64,000 nucleotides of DNA from Chara braunii (Eukaryota > Plantae > Charophyceae). Made by a program: the position numbers and the translations under genes. Position 1 is the first letter of the stretch. Every line of letters starts with the position of its first letter. Below the pieces are notes generated by a model. It ran no database searches. It saw only the letters and a program-made list of their open reading frames with translations, and was not told the DNA's origin. The stretch is from contig BFEA01000041.1 of NCBI GenBank assembly GCA_003427395.1, positions 2,381,396 through 2,445,395 on the forward strand, given 5' to 3'. Positions 12,148 to 23,752 of the stretch are shown here, piece by piece.

Positions 12148-13323
12148 TGCAGCATAGGCTCAATATCAGTAAAAATCAATGTACAACGAGAAGGCACAAG
12201 CAAGCAGGGTATCGATTTGGCAATTGTATTCACGACACACTAAATTCACACGCGACAATCAGAATCACGGGGACGGGTCATGTGCCGATTATCTATTTTC
12301 TGTCGGCTTCACTCAAAGTTTCCTTTTTCAAGAACAGGCCATAGCATAGCAATTATCCGACGAAATTGATCACCTCAAACGTTTAATCGCCGATGGACTC
12401 AAAAGCAGTGGCATCGTCCACAAACAATTGCCACAAACGATAAGGAAACCCTAAGCACAGACTCTCCTTCAAGGTATAATCATCACCTACAACCTCTAGT
12501 CTCCTACTAACAATCGAGTCAAAACCTAATGAACAGTCCCACACTACATAACCGCACAACCCTCACTCTCTTCCCGCCACAATCACCACCTACGAGGCTA
12601 CGACCCATCATCTCCTTCAAACAGTCAAAACGAAAAGGTAATGTACACTTGACGCGACCGAGGGCGCATCTCTCGCACTCTTTTCTCCACTATCACTCTT
12701 TCGCAAATTCCATCGAATCGTTCACAACCGTCTCATGTCGTCTGCATCATCCCACATAGAAACGGAAAAAGCGTCATCCGACTCGAGAGAAATACCAGCA
12801 GCCATCCCATCCGAGCACAAGGAAGGTGGAGCAAGCTTACAATTTCGTTAATCGTCACTCAGGCTGCAACAGGAGATCGAGTCAGAAGTTGCCTCACTTC
12901 AAAATCGCTTTTCCAATGGTGGAAGTAATAAACGAGCAAACGTACTCATCCCATGTCGTATCGGTTTCGTATCTGAAGCGAAGGGCAAACGCCCCTGACG
13001 TGTTGATGATTCTGATATGTACCGGCGCGCAGATCCCGCCCGTCAACCGCCCCCACATCGCCTCCCTGCCCACCTCGGTTAATCAGGATTGCCAACACGA
13101 AGTCGACCAGGACCAGGTAACAGCAGGGGCATGGTAGTGCCCCTCCGGAACGAACCCACACACAGCGCCCCTGCGCCGCCTCTCCCTTCGTCCCAGCTGC
13201 CCCGGCGACCAGTTCTGGCTGACGCGACCAAGCTGTGGTCACGCTAACGCGATCCCCTATCGCCCGCGCGCCGGTGACCCCATAAGAATTTTGATATGAC
13301 CCTCAGGCAGCACAACAACATTG

Positions 13324-13477
13324 TTAAACCACCAGTACTTCCTAAAGTCGCGTAGCGTTAACGCTACGCGATTTTCGGAAACGTACGGGCCACTACAGGA
13401 GCGCCCAAATTCATCCAACTAGAAACGTTTCTACTCTATTTTTTTCCGCGGCCCATAGCTGGGCCAAGTACTGGTGC
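13324..13477. mobile_element. TTAA-flanked MITE (TIR ACCACCAGTACTT), right end clipped
   Basis: Near-identical to 22630-22788 and, inverted, to 56613-56798; internal palindrome TCGCGTAGCGTTAACGCTACGCGA. Confidence 0.85.
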
Positions 13478-13979
13478 CCGTTCCCGGCTTGTATTTCTAA
13501 TAGAGTTCTTTCAAGTGTCAAAAAAAAATAAAAATTGTTCAGTTATTTTTCTGCATACCGTAGTTTTTATTTTTCCCAATGTGTTGCTTTCTTTAACCTT
13601 TTTTTAAGTTTTTTTAAGGGTTTTTTTTTTTTTTTTTTTTTTGGCTGGGACCATGGGACCTTCCCATGCAGTGTATGCACCCCTCCCTACCCCCTTTGTC
13701 GAACTTAAAAGGGGCAAGAACGGACTGAGACAGTCACACTCACTGATGCAATATTATGAGATTGAGCATTTCATATGACTTTTCTTTTCCGGGGGGTCCA
13801 GGGGGTTTTGGGCGGGCGCTTAGGTGGTATGCCTCTGGTGGAAATGTGATTACTTTTGCTCAGAAACTGAAGAAGGCCTGCCTATGTGGGCATTCCCCTT
13901 TGGCCAAAATACCAAACTAGACTGGAACACAGTCAAATTCCCTGATGCTGTGTTATGAAAACGATGGAGCTTGTGTTTT

Positions 13980-14013
<34 letters not shown>

Positions 14014-14767
14014 AACGAGCATCGCAGCATACAACAACCATGGACGAGGACCCCTTGGGCGGTGTGCAGGCAGTGACACTGTCTGGAATATGTTAGGGTT
14101 CGGGGAGGGCATTTTCAGGGTTTGGCCTGCTTGTCGTTCACATGATCTCAGGTCTCTTCTGGTTGTCACTCCATGTAGGGAATGTAGAGGTAAAGGGGGA
14201 GGAGGGGGGGGGGGGGCTGTAAGAGACATAGGGTGCATATGTACGAACGCGGTGCATATGTACGAACAGGATTAATGTTGATCGCTTGGGTTATCGCATA
14301 TGGCTATTCATGAGTAGAGTGTGTTACACTGATATCTGGTCATAGCTATGCCTGCACCTGCGGTTGTCAGTTCCGATTAGAATCTGTTGTTTAAAAAGGC
14401 TTAGTACCATGGTATTGTATAACGAAAGCCTCAACGAAACCCCATTGAGTTCTGCTCGAACCTTGCTGGTACATAGTGGTATTAATTGGTATCATGTCTG
14501 TGCGCCCCGGGACCCCTTGACTACTATTCCCTGCCTCCCTCTGGGGGGCCTACTGATCTCAGTGTTGGGTACCACTGGTGTTTCCCAGCCAGATAGGGGT
14601 TCTCATAGAGGTAGGGCGTGACACAGAGAGTACTATGTCTAAGGGTGCCCCCCCCTAGTGTGCGTCTCGAGCCACAAGGGTAAGGCTGTCTCATCTTGGG
14701 GGGTGTGTAAGGGGAGGGAAAGAGTACTGGAACATTGTGGTAGGTAGGGTTGAACAGTTAGGGTTAC

Positions 14768-14976
14768 TTAAACCACCAGTACTTGGCCCAGCTATCGGCC
14801 GCGGGGCTGCCCTGTTAATGCGCCGCGCCTGCAGCGCTTCGGGGTACCGGACCACAATGGCTGGAAGCGCCAGCCAAAACAAAATTGAAACGGCGCCCCA
14901 GCGGTTCGGCAAAACTTGGCGCAGAGGGGGTCGTCCGGCTCGGAATCGATAGCTGGGCCAAGTACTGGTGGTTTAA
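14768..14976. mobile_element. TTAA-flanked MITE with perfect 26-bp TIRs
   Basis: TTAA-ACCACCAGTACTTGGCCCAGCTATCG ... CGATAGCTGGGCCAAGTACTGGTGGT-TTAA. Confidence 0.9.
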
Positions 14977-15129
14977 CAGGTAATTCACCGCCCGAGGGGA
15001 GTAGTTGACTCACATACGGTGGCTGTATGGGCCACCTACGGAGACCGCATGGGTGGGTGGGAAATCGCCACAGGTAGAAATACTACCTGGGGTAGTCCAA
15101 GTAGTTAGAGTCTGCCTGATGACAGGTGC

Positions 15130-17361
15130 GAGTCAATGCTTGTCTCATCATAGTCAGGATGCTGATGGGTAATGATAAACCATGGGCGCTGTACGCACAG
15201 GTCCAGATAGCTTGTCTTGCTCCACCATCCCCGGCCGACCGCCCGGTGCACCCGCTCCAATAAAGTCCAATGGATGACTAACGAGGTGAGGACGATCCTG
15301 GCCTGCCCCCGTGCGGATTCTGATCCCTCCCCGGCCGGCCGAGACAAATGGGATATGAGAACAGATCCGCTTTGGACGACCATGATACATTTATGGAGAA
15401 ATCATGGCCCGAAACAAACATAGGTCCCATTGAGATGGCAGGAGATTATACGCCAACCGTTGTTTGGCCATCCTCAAATCCTGGACCAAACAGGAACACC
15501 CTTCCCCCTCTACCGGAAATCCAAATGGTTTCGGTGGGTCAAGCAGGGGATCTATTCAGTCCGGGACCTATGGGACGATGTCTCAGCAACCTGGCATTCG
15601 CAGCAAACAATCAAAGCCAAATCGGCCTCAGCCTGAATCTGGAACAAGACCTAGCAGAGGTCCAGGAAGCAATCCCTCTGGCATGGATCATTGCCCTCAG
15701 ACGAGGACCCACCATTGAAATACGGGACTGGGTGGTACGGGCAGACTCACAACACCTCCCGATGACAATCTTCAAAGTGGAGCAGGCTCAACCCCCGTCA
15801 GGCTTCAGCCATACAACTGCAGGCCTACTGCCCAACTCTTCCAGGAGCAAGATGGTCAAAAATCCACAGGAAGGAAGAACTGGACTGTCAGGGCCCAACA
15901 GCCTCTTACATAAGAGTCCAAGTGGCAGAAGATAAAGATGACGTGAAGCACGTGTACGAACCCACGGTCCCCCTGTCTCACCTTCTATTCAACCCGAATG
16001 AATGGGTGTGGCAATGGGGAACATCCTCAATCATGCGCCCGTGGCAATATACAGTGAAAAATGGGTATAGGACGATGCGGTCCACAACCCGAGCCCCGGT
16101 AAGGGAAGATATCGTAAGGAGATGGGAAAGGGACTCCTCCCTCACCAGGGCGGACTTTAAGAACTTCAACTGGTCGTCTTACACATATATCAAACCAACC
16201 AACCACAGGGCGCTGCAATGGCAGATCATTCTTAGGTGTCTGCCTACGTCAGACTGGGCAACGCAAAGAACTGACCTGGAACAAAAACGGAAGCTCTCCC
16301 TCCTCAGCACATTTTGCAGCCTCAGTTTCCCGAGGAAAAGGGCAACACTGGTGCACTGTCTCCTGGACTGCCCGATGGTGGTGCCAATCTGGAAATGGTG
16401 GGATGCTGCCTGGCACTATCTCACAGGACAACACTTCCCCTGGGAGATGGAAACCGATCGTTCTAGGCACCCTCCCTCCAGAAACAGACTGGTCTCGGTT
16501 CATGCTCAACTTGTTCCACTATATCCGCCTGACCCTGCTTATGACAGCTTGGCGAACGAGGTGTGCCTATGAGCGAGGGGAGGACACATTTGCTCCTCAG
16601 CAGGCCAAGGCTGCCATTGCGGATACAATAACCACAAACACGAAGGAGGCCTGGAACAGCCTGCAATTTGCTCTACAAAAAGAATCCGAAGAATCCAAAA
16701 AAAAACAGATGATCGAAAACTTTCACAAATACATGGGTGGATGCCAATAACAGATTATGCAGACTAGACCACCGATGCATCCTACCTGTCTCTTATACAC
16801 ATCTAGATGTGTATAAGAGACAGGGGCAACACTGGTGCACTGTCTCCTGGACTGCCCGATGGTGGTGCCAATCTGGAAATGGTGGGATGCTGCCTGGCAC
16901 TATCTCACAGGACAACACTTCCCCTGGGAGATGGAAACCGATCGTTCTAGGCACCCTCCCTCCAGAAACAGACTGGTCTCGGTTCATGCTCAACTTGTTC
17001 CACTATATCCTGTCTCTTATACACATCTAGATGTGTATAGGACACAACCTTCTATCCAACCACTGCCCCTACACCCCCACCTGAAGTGCCCGTCAGAATA
17101 GATCTCCGCAGCCTCGCCAACGAAGCAGAACAACAGGGGAAGCTAGATGCAGAGTGGGCTCCTTGGATGACAATGGGGTTTATGCAGGGTTTTACAAAGA
17201 CAGGAAGGAACGTAGGGAATGGACAGCATGGCAAAAGCAGCAGCGCATCAAGGTCAACCTACATTGGGAAGGAGGGGGCGGTCTATGTAAATTTTCATAT
17301 GGGACGCTGGGCCCGGCTCCCAGCACGTGCTGCTCCCCACGAATAGAACTACATTGGGGAG
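15130..17361 (+). mobile_element. LINE E: 5'-truncated, frameshifted ORF2 C-terminal half plus 3' tail (contains adapter artefact)
   Basis: WQEIIRQPLFG...WVKQGIYSVRDLWD, LQWQIILRCLPT and HCLLDCP; followed by a tail-module variant at 17301-17361. Confidence 0.8.
16786..17039. other. Nextera mate-pair junction adapters enclosing a duplicated read (assembly artefact)
   Basis: CTGTCTCTTATACACATCT-AGATGTGTATAAGAGACAG at 16786-16823 and a partial copy at 17010-17039. The enclosed 16824-17009 repeats 16340-16525. Confidence 0.96.
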
Positions 17362-17998
17362 ATGAGACATAGACCGAGTTAAAAGGAGAAAGGGGGACAA
17401 GGGGACGGGGGGATGAAAGACCAAAGAAGGCAGATGGGTTGAAGAGGACACGGAATACTTACAACTAAGACAGCCTGCACACAAACACTCAACTAAGACA
17501 GCCTACACACAAACACTGCCAACTACTTATCACATTCACATTCACATTGCACATTTCACATCACTCTTCACCCACGCTCCTTACAATCTATACTAGCTTT
17601 TTCTCAAATACTACCACACTCACACACAAAAACACACACTACCCGACACAAACACTTTGATCCATCAACCGAAACAGCTACTGAATAATCTCACAGCTTG
17701 GCACCAATAGATAGATACCGCGAGAAACACATGAACCTCCATCCATGGGCATCTTGCCCGTGACCCACGTATTGCAATACACCTTGACAGCCACATCAAA
17801 GCTAAACTGCTCTATCACCTGGAGTGGGAAAGTAATCAATACCCCTGCTTTGAGGGAAGATATTTTAGACATAGGGGAATGGGACTCTGGCGTCAGATGA
17901 CAAACACGGATTATAACTTGACATAACGACATGGGCTCGATGCCTCGGTGTGTTTTGGAGATACTGTAGATCAGATGGATAGGGTCTCCCATCATCTG

Positions 17999-20900
17999 CT
18001 CGTTGGCCCAACAGATGCCAGGAGGATTTCATTTTGGTCTGGGAGTCAATCAACTTCAGGCGGCGGGCGCAGCGCTACCGGGAGCGCTGCGCCCGGCCGG
18101 AACCGGTTCGTCGGCGGTGCTTTCACATCAGGGCAAAGTTGGGCGCGTCGACCAGTGGGAGGAGGGTGCGGGAGTTTACGCGCGGAGTGTGGGTAGGAGT
18201 GGAAGCGGGGTAAGGAGATGGCGACGCCCGTCGTGCGGCACTAGCAAGTCTTCTTGTTTGTGCGCTTGTAGTTGATAGCTATGGCGGCCGTGTTCCGGAG
18301 ATGATGGTGGACCTAACAAGAGGGGCACGATCAATCAGCAGAGAGTGGTGTGGTATGTGCTGGCGCTTTCTACCCTCTAGTAACGCACGATGGACAGGCA
18401 CCAAGATATTTTGTCTATGCACGACGGGAGGCAGTGCTACACAGCAGCTGGACCACGGACACTGTCGGCTCTGCGTTTAGTGCGGGAACAGCTTGTCCTC
18501 CCCCTCCTCTTCTTCAACAGTACGGTAAGTGGATGTATATAGAGGTTTGACCCCCCTGTGGTGTCTCGCCAACGGGTTTGGCGAGGAGGAGCCACACCAT
18601 CTTTTGTTTTTCTTTGGGAGATGGAAGATGGCCATTGAAGTTTTTGGTGTTAGTGTTGCCTAGAGCCTTGTTGCTAGCAGTGGGAGGAAGGGTGTTTTCC
18701 TCCCCCGAAGACGCCGGGGTAGGGGTTGAGGGGGTTGCGGTAAGTTCGGGTGTTGAAGAAGAGGGGAGGGGGATATTCACTAGTTGGTTGATTGCCCTTT
18801 TGTTTTGGCTCAGTCTGTTTTTCGCAATTCCTGAAATCTATTAACCTGCTGCTTTAAAGTCAGCCCTTAAAGGACCCGATTTCCAGCAGGTGCAGCTCCC
18901 CACCAATAGATGGAGCCTCCCTGACAGTGCTAGTGGTGTCTGCTCTTATCAGCATCCCTAGCATTAGCTCGGGTTGTNTTCTTCAACAGTACGGTAAGTG
19001 GATGTATATAGAGGTTTGAACCCCCTGTGGTGTCTCGCCAACGGGTTTGGCGAGGAGGAGCCACACCATCTTTTGTTTTTCCTTGGGAGATGGAAGATGG
19101 CCATTGAAGTTTTCGGTGTTAGTGTTGCCTAGAGCCTTGTTGCTAGCAGTGGGAGGAAGGGTGTTTTCCTCCCCCGAAGATGCCGGGGTAGGGTTTGAGG
19201 GGGTTGCGGTAAGTTGGGGTGTTGAGAAAGAGGGGAGGGGGATATTCACTAGTTGGTTGATTGCCCTTTTGTTTTGGCTCACTCTGTTTTTCGCAATCCC
19301 TGAAATCTATTAACCTGCTGCTATATAAGTCAGCCCTTAAATCAGATTTCAATCACGGTAGGTTTCGATCTGGCGAATCTTGTATGCTGATCCTGATTTG
19401 TAAGAACTTTGCTCGGATTTCAATCACGGTAGTTTTCGATCTGACGAATCTTGTATTCTGATCCTGATTTGTAAGAACTCTGTTGACATGCTTAGGTTAG
19501 CCTTCAAACATCGTATTGGAATTCCTATAAAAGCTTCCAACAAAACTTCTGATTCTCGAACTTTTTCCTTATAAAAGTTCTTAAAAATATTCTTGAAATA
19601 ATTTCTTCCCAAAGCTTCTAAGAAACTTCTGATTCTACAACTGGAAAGTTTGGTTCTCGAAACGCTTCCCTATAAAACCTTCTAAAAAAAAATTCTCGAA
19701 ATATTCTCCTATAAAAGCTTCCAAGAAAAACGTTGTTTCTTGAAATATTCTCCTATAAAACCTTCTAAAAAACTTCTCGAAATATTTTCCTACAAAGCTT
19801 CTAAAGAATTTTTGAAATCTTCAAATAAATTCCTATTGAAGCTCTATAAAATTTCTGACTCTGGAGATCTCAGTTAATTCTAAGTTTAATCAAAGGCCGT
19901 AGACTCTCATGGGGTGGTTCTGTTGAGTCGGGGGATCTGTCCAAGAAGGGGGGCAAAGGGCACGAGATGACTCTTTGTGAGGACGGAGAGAGGGGTGTAT
20001 CGGGGCTGTCTGAGGGGTACCGGCTAGGGAAACCGTCATTAGATGCGATTGGCGTCAGGCAGCTTTGGCTGTCGGATGGGTACCGACTGATGAGGGTTTA
20101 CTTTAGTGCGATTGGCCTTAGGCGATGCTGGTTCACCCCCTCGATGACGGAAACTGGAATTTCCGAGGGGGCAGGAGACTGCAGGGTGAGGATTGTGTTT
20201 CGGTCTCGCTGAGGACATGGTCGGTCGAACTCTTTACTAGGACGGAGGTTGGGGGGTGAAGGAGGTGAGTGTAGGTTCTGTTGGGTTATGCTGAGGATAC
20301 GGTCCTTCGAACCCTTTGCTAGGATGGAGTTGGGGAGGGTGATCCGGGACCTCCCCTTCGATGACAAAGACAGAACTGGTGCACTTGTCGACTTTCCGGG
20401 ACCTCCCCTTCGATGACGAAGACAGAACTGTGGTATGTAGAAGGTGGGGTGTCACGCGTCCTACTAGTGAGAGGGTTAGCTGGTAGGATGGGAATAGAGC
20501 ACAGCAGCAGCAGAGATGTTGGCTCGGCTGCAGTAAGTCTTGCTGGAGTAGGGACAAGGGGATTGATTGGGGGACCTGTTTAAACCATGAAGACTGTTGT
20601 AGACACGTCTGAAGTCACTCCAATGTCTCAGAGTCAAAGCCGGGTAATGGCCCCGGTACTTTAACCTTCAAAAATTCTCAAAAAAGGGGGTAGTCTGTTC
20701 TGTTTTGAAATTGTCTTCTGGATCCTTGGGTTTCCTGGCAATCCTTTCTAGATAGCTCCAAGCTGTAATACTCGGTGACCTAAGGCTGTTCGACGCCAGA
20801 ACGACGCTGGCCGGTGCTGGGGTATTGCCCTGTAACCTGTTGACGCAGGGGCATGAGGCCTGGTAGAGAGATCTGGGGGTGCTTTGGGGGGGCATCCCAC

Positions 20901-21582
20901 GGGACAACTAAGGGTTGCTGCTGAGACAACGCTGGCCGGAGCTGGGGCGAGTTGCGTTGCCCTGTAACCCAGCAGGATAGGGGGTGTGAGGCCTGGAAGC
21001 TCGGCAGGGATTACGACAGTGTTGGAGATCCTTGGAAGGATCTGTTAGGGATTTTGCAGGATTGGGGGCTTTTTTAGAGATTTTGCAGTCTATTCCCGTA
21101 CCTTTGGCTGAGTAACGGGAAGGGAAGGGATCGAGAGAGAAAGGTATCACGCATCCTGTTAGCGAAGGGGCTAGCTGGTAGGACAGAAATAGTGCATAGC
21201 AGCAGTAGAGATGGTGGCTTTGCTGCAGTAAGTCTTGCCGGAGTGGGGTGAGGAGGACTGTTGGTGGATTCCCGAGTCTTCTTCTGCTTTTTGTTTATCT
21301 CTGTAGTCCCTTACACAAAAGCTCTGAAGTAGCTCTGAAGTAGCTCTAAATTCTTCAATTCTTTTAATGGGACTTTCTCAATATACCCTTAGTTTAATTA
21401 TCATGAAATTTTCTGATGGTTTTTTCTGAACGTACTCATGGGACGCTGGGCCCGGTTCCCAGCTTGTGCCAATTCGAGAGGATATGGTTGTATCTATGGG
21501 ACGCTGGACCCGGTTTCCGGCTGGTGCTGCTCCCCACCAATAGATGGAGCATGTGTTTTTTTGTAAAAAAAAAAAAAAAAAA
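17999..21582 (+). mobile_element. Non-autonomous poly(A) retroposon (~3.6 kb) with 18-bp TSD
   Basis: AGGGTCTCCCATCATCTG at 17981-17998 and 21583-21600; poly(A) at ~21565-21582 preceded by the LINE tail module (21440-21550). No APE/RT motifs inside. Confidence 0.75.
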
Positions 21583-21658
21583 AGGGTCTCCCATCATCTG
21601 ACGTATATTGCTTAGCGTGCATGCATAGTAGTTGGAGATATCAACAGATCTCTGCATA

Positions 21659-21805
21659 GGGACGCTGAACCTGATTTCCAGCACATACATTCACAACATT
21701 GTACAGGGACGCTATACCCGCTTTCCAGCAGACACATTCACATCATTCTACAGGGACGCTGGACCCGATTTCCAGCAGGTGTAGCTCCCCACCAATAGAT
21801 GGAGC
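21659..21805 (+). repeat. LINE 3'-tail fragment: two degenerate hairpins plus a full module
   Basis: GGGACGCT..ACC...TTTCCAGC at 21659, 21706 and 21753; the last continues AGGTGTAGCTCCCCACCAATAGATGGAGC. Confidence 0.8.
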
Positions 21806-22474
21806 CTTCGACGCNNNNNNNNNNNNNNNNNNNNNNNNNNNNNNNNNNNNNNNNNNNNNNNNNNNNNNNNNNNNNNNNNNNNNNNNNNNNNNNNNNNNNN
21901 NNNNNNNNNNNNNNNNNNNNNNNNNNNNNNNNNNNNNNNNNNNNNNNNNNNNNNNNNNNNNNNNNNNNNNNNNNNNNNNNNNNNNNNNNNNNNNNNNNNN
22001 NNNNNNNNNNNNNNNNNNNNNNNNNNNNNNNNNNNNNNNNNNNNNNNNNNNNNNNNNNNNNNNNNNNNNNNNNNNNNNNNNNNNNNNNNNNNNNNNNNNN
22101 NNNNNNNNNNNNNNNNNNNNNNNNNNNNNNNNNNNNNNNNNNNNNNNNNNNNNNNNNNNNNNNNNNNNNNNNNNNNNNNNNNNNNNNNNNNNNNNNNNNN
22201 NNNNNNNNNNNNNNNNNNNNNNNNNNNNNNNNNNNNNNNNNNNNNNNNNNNNNNNNNNNNNNNNNNNNNNNNNNNNNNNNNNNNNNNNNNNNNNNNNNNN
22301 NNNNNNNNNNNNNNNNNNNNNNNNNNNNNNNNNNNNNNNNNNNNNNNNNNNNNNNNNNNNNNNNNNNNNNNNNNNNNNNNNNNNNNNNNNNNNNNNNNNN
22401 NNNNNNNNNNNNNNNNNNNNNNNNNNNNNNNNNNNNNNNNNNNNNNNNNNNNNNNNNNNNNNNNNNNNNNNNNN

Positions 22475-22788
22475 TGTTTCAGGCTGTTACTTTTCATTTT
22501 GGTCGTGTTTTTTTTTTTTTTTGGCCCCGTTTTTTGGGGACTACCAGTCGCACGCCGGAGGGTACCCCGCGCGACGCGGCGCATTTACGGCCGCGTCGAT
22601 TTCTTCAAGCAGGGAGAGGTACTGGTGGTTTAAACCACAAGTACTTCCTACAGTCGCGTAGCGTTAACGCTACGCAATTTTAGGAAACGTACGGGCCACT
22701 ACAGGAGCGCCCAAATTCATCCAACTAGAAACGTTTCTACTCTATTTTTTTTCCGCAGCCGATAGCTGGGCCAAGTACTGGTGGTTTA
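22475..22788. mobile_element. Two abutting TTAA MITEs sharing one TTAA
   Basis: ...GTACTGGTGGT-TTAA-ACCACAAGTACTTCC...CAAGTACTGGTGGT-TTAA, with the junction at 22630-22633. Confidence 0.85.
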
Positions 22789-23752
22789 ATAGGAGGGAGA
22801 CAGACTCTATGCCTGTCCGAGGGGGGATCGGCTAGGGATCTGCTAAGTCAACGGTTGGGGGACAAAGCTGCTTAGAGTGAGCCCGAATAGCACCCAGTTG
22901 GAGGTTGGATCTGTAGGGACAGAATCCGATCTCTAGTGGCAAGCTGGCAGGTGTAGGAAGGGACACGACTTGCAATAGGACTTAGGGCTTCAAACCTGTA
23001 CAGGACTCCGCCTAGGAAAAAATGGTCCAGAAAGCTAAGTGGGTCATTCCGAACTTCGAGTGACTGAACCACGGAGAGTACTCCCGAGCCTGATAACCCG
23101 CCTCTACAACAACCTGGGCGTTTATTAAAAAAAAAAAAAAAAAAAAAACACGGGCACCCATGACTTTTCTTTTCAGGAGGGGGATGCCTCCAGTGGAAAT
23201 GGATTATCTCAATTTATTTGGTCAGAAATTGACAAAGGCCTGCCCCCACAGCCAGAACCTTTTATTGCACATTGTGAACAAGACAGAAGGGTGATGGTGG
23301 AGGGATTGACCTGATCCCATCTTTTTTTTTTTTTTTTTTTTTTTTTGTTAACTATACTCTTCTCTCAATATTTCCTCACACTACCTACCTACCACTACTC
23401 CTACCTATAGGCATACGGGGAAACCCGTAGCATACCAGAGCCGTGTTTTTACGGCCCCTCGAGCCTGCAGGATACCGGCCAGGGGATGGCCGGTAGCACC
23501 AGGGATTAAGCGGACCAATCCCCCGTGCCTCCCCTCAGGCCCCTCCCCTACGAACATAGCAGACTCTGCTTGATGCCAATCGGGGGATCCAGTGGTCTAT
23601 CTCTTGGGTAGTGGGTGCCAAGTAAGGGGTGAATGTTTTTACCATCACTCCTAGCAAACTTGAGGGCGATGGTCCTGAGTGCTGGTCACACTGAGGTAGG
23701 ATAGTGGGATCGGGGGTGCGCTAGGAGTATTGACGTGAGGATGGGTTGGGAC

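Larger units (their letters stand above)
5624..13285 (-). mobile_element. LINE A: full-length decayed L1-clade non-LTR retrotransposon (3' end lost in gap)
   Basis: The 5' end (13240-13270) matches the LINE B 5' end (GGGCG.TAGGGGATCGCGTTAGCG). It carries ORF1 and ORF2 (APE-RT-CCHC), and its 3' UTR is homologous to that of B. Confidence 0.93.

Noticed and set aside
16786-16823. Tn5/IS50 mosaic ends as a bacterial transposon or horizontal transfer
   Set aside because: This is the exact head-to-head Nextera mate-pair junction, there is no transposase, and it encloses a duplicated read.
18510-19340. ~360-bp duplication with ORFs (18578-18844 / 19047-19313) as duplicated small genes
   Set aside because: There are no recognisable motifs, and the copies meet at an N (18978), so the duplication may be a contig-overlap artefact.
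21440-21805. CRISPR-like array of GGGACGCTGGACCC repeats
   Set aside because: Spacing is irregular, units are degenerate, copies are dispersed on both strands at LINE 3' ends, and there are no cas genes in this eukaryotic context.
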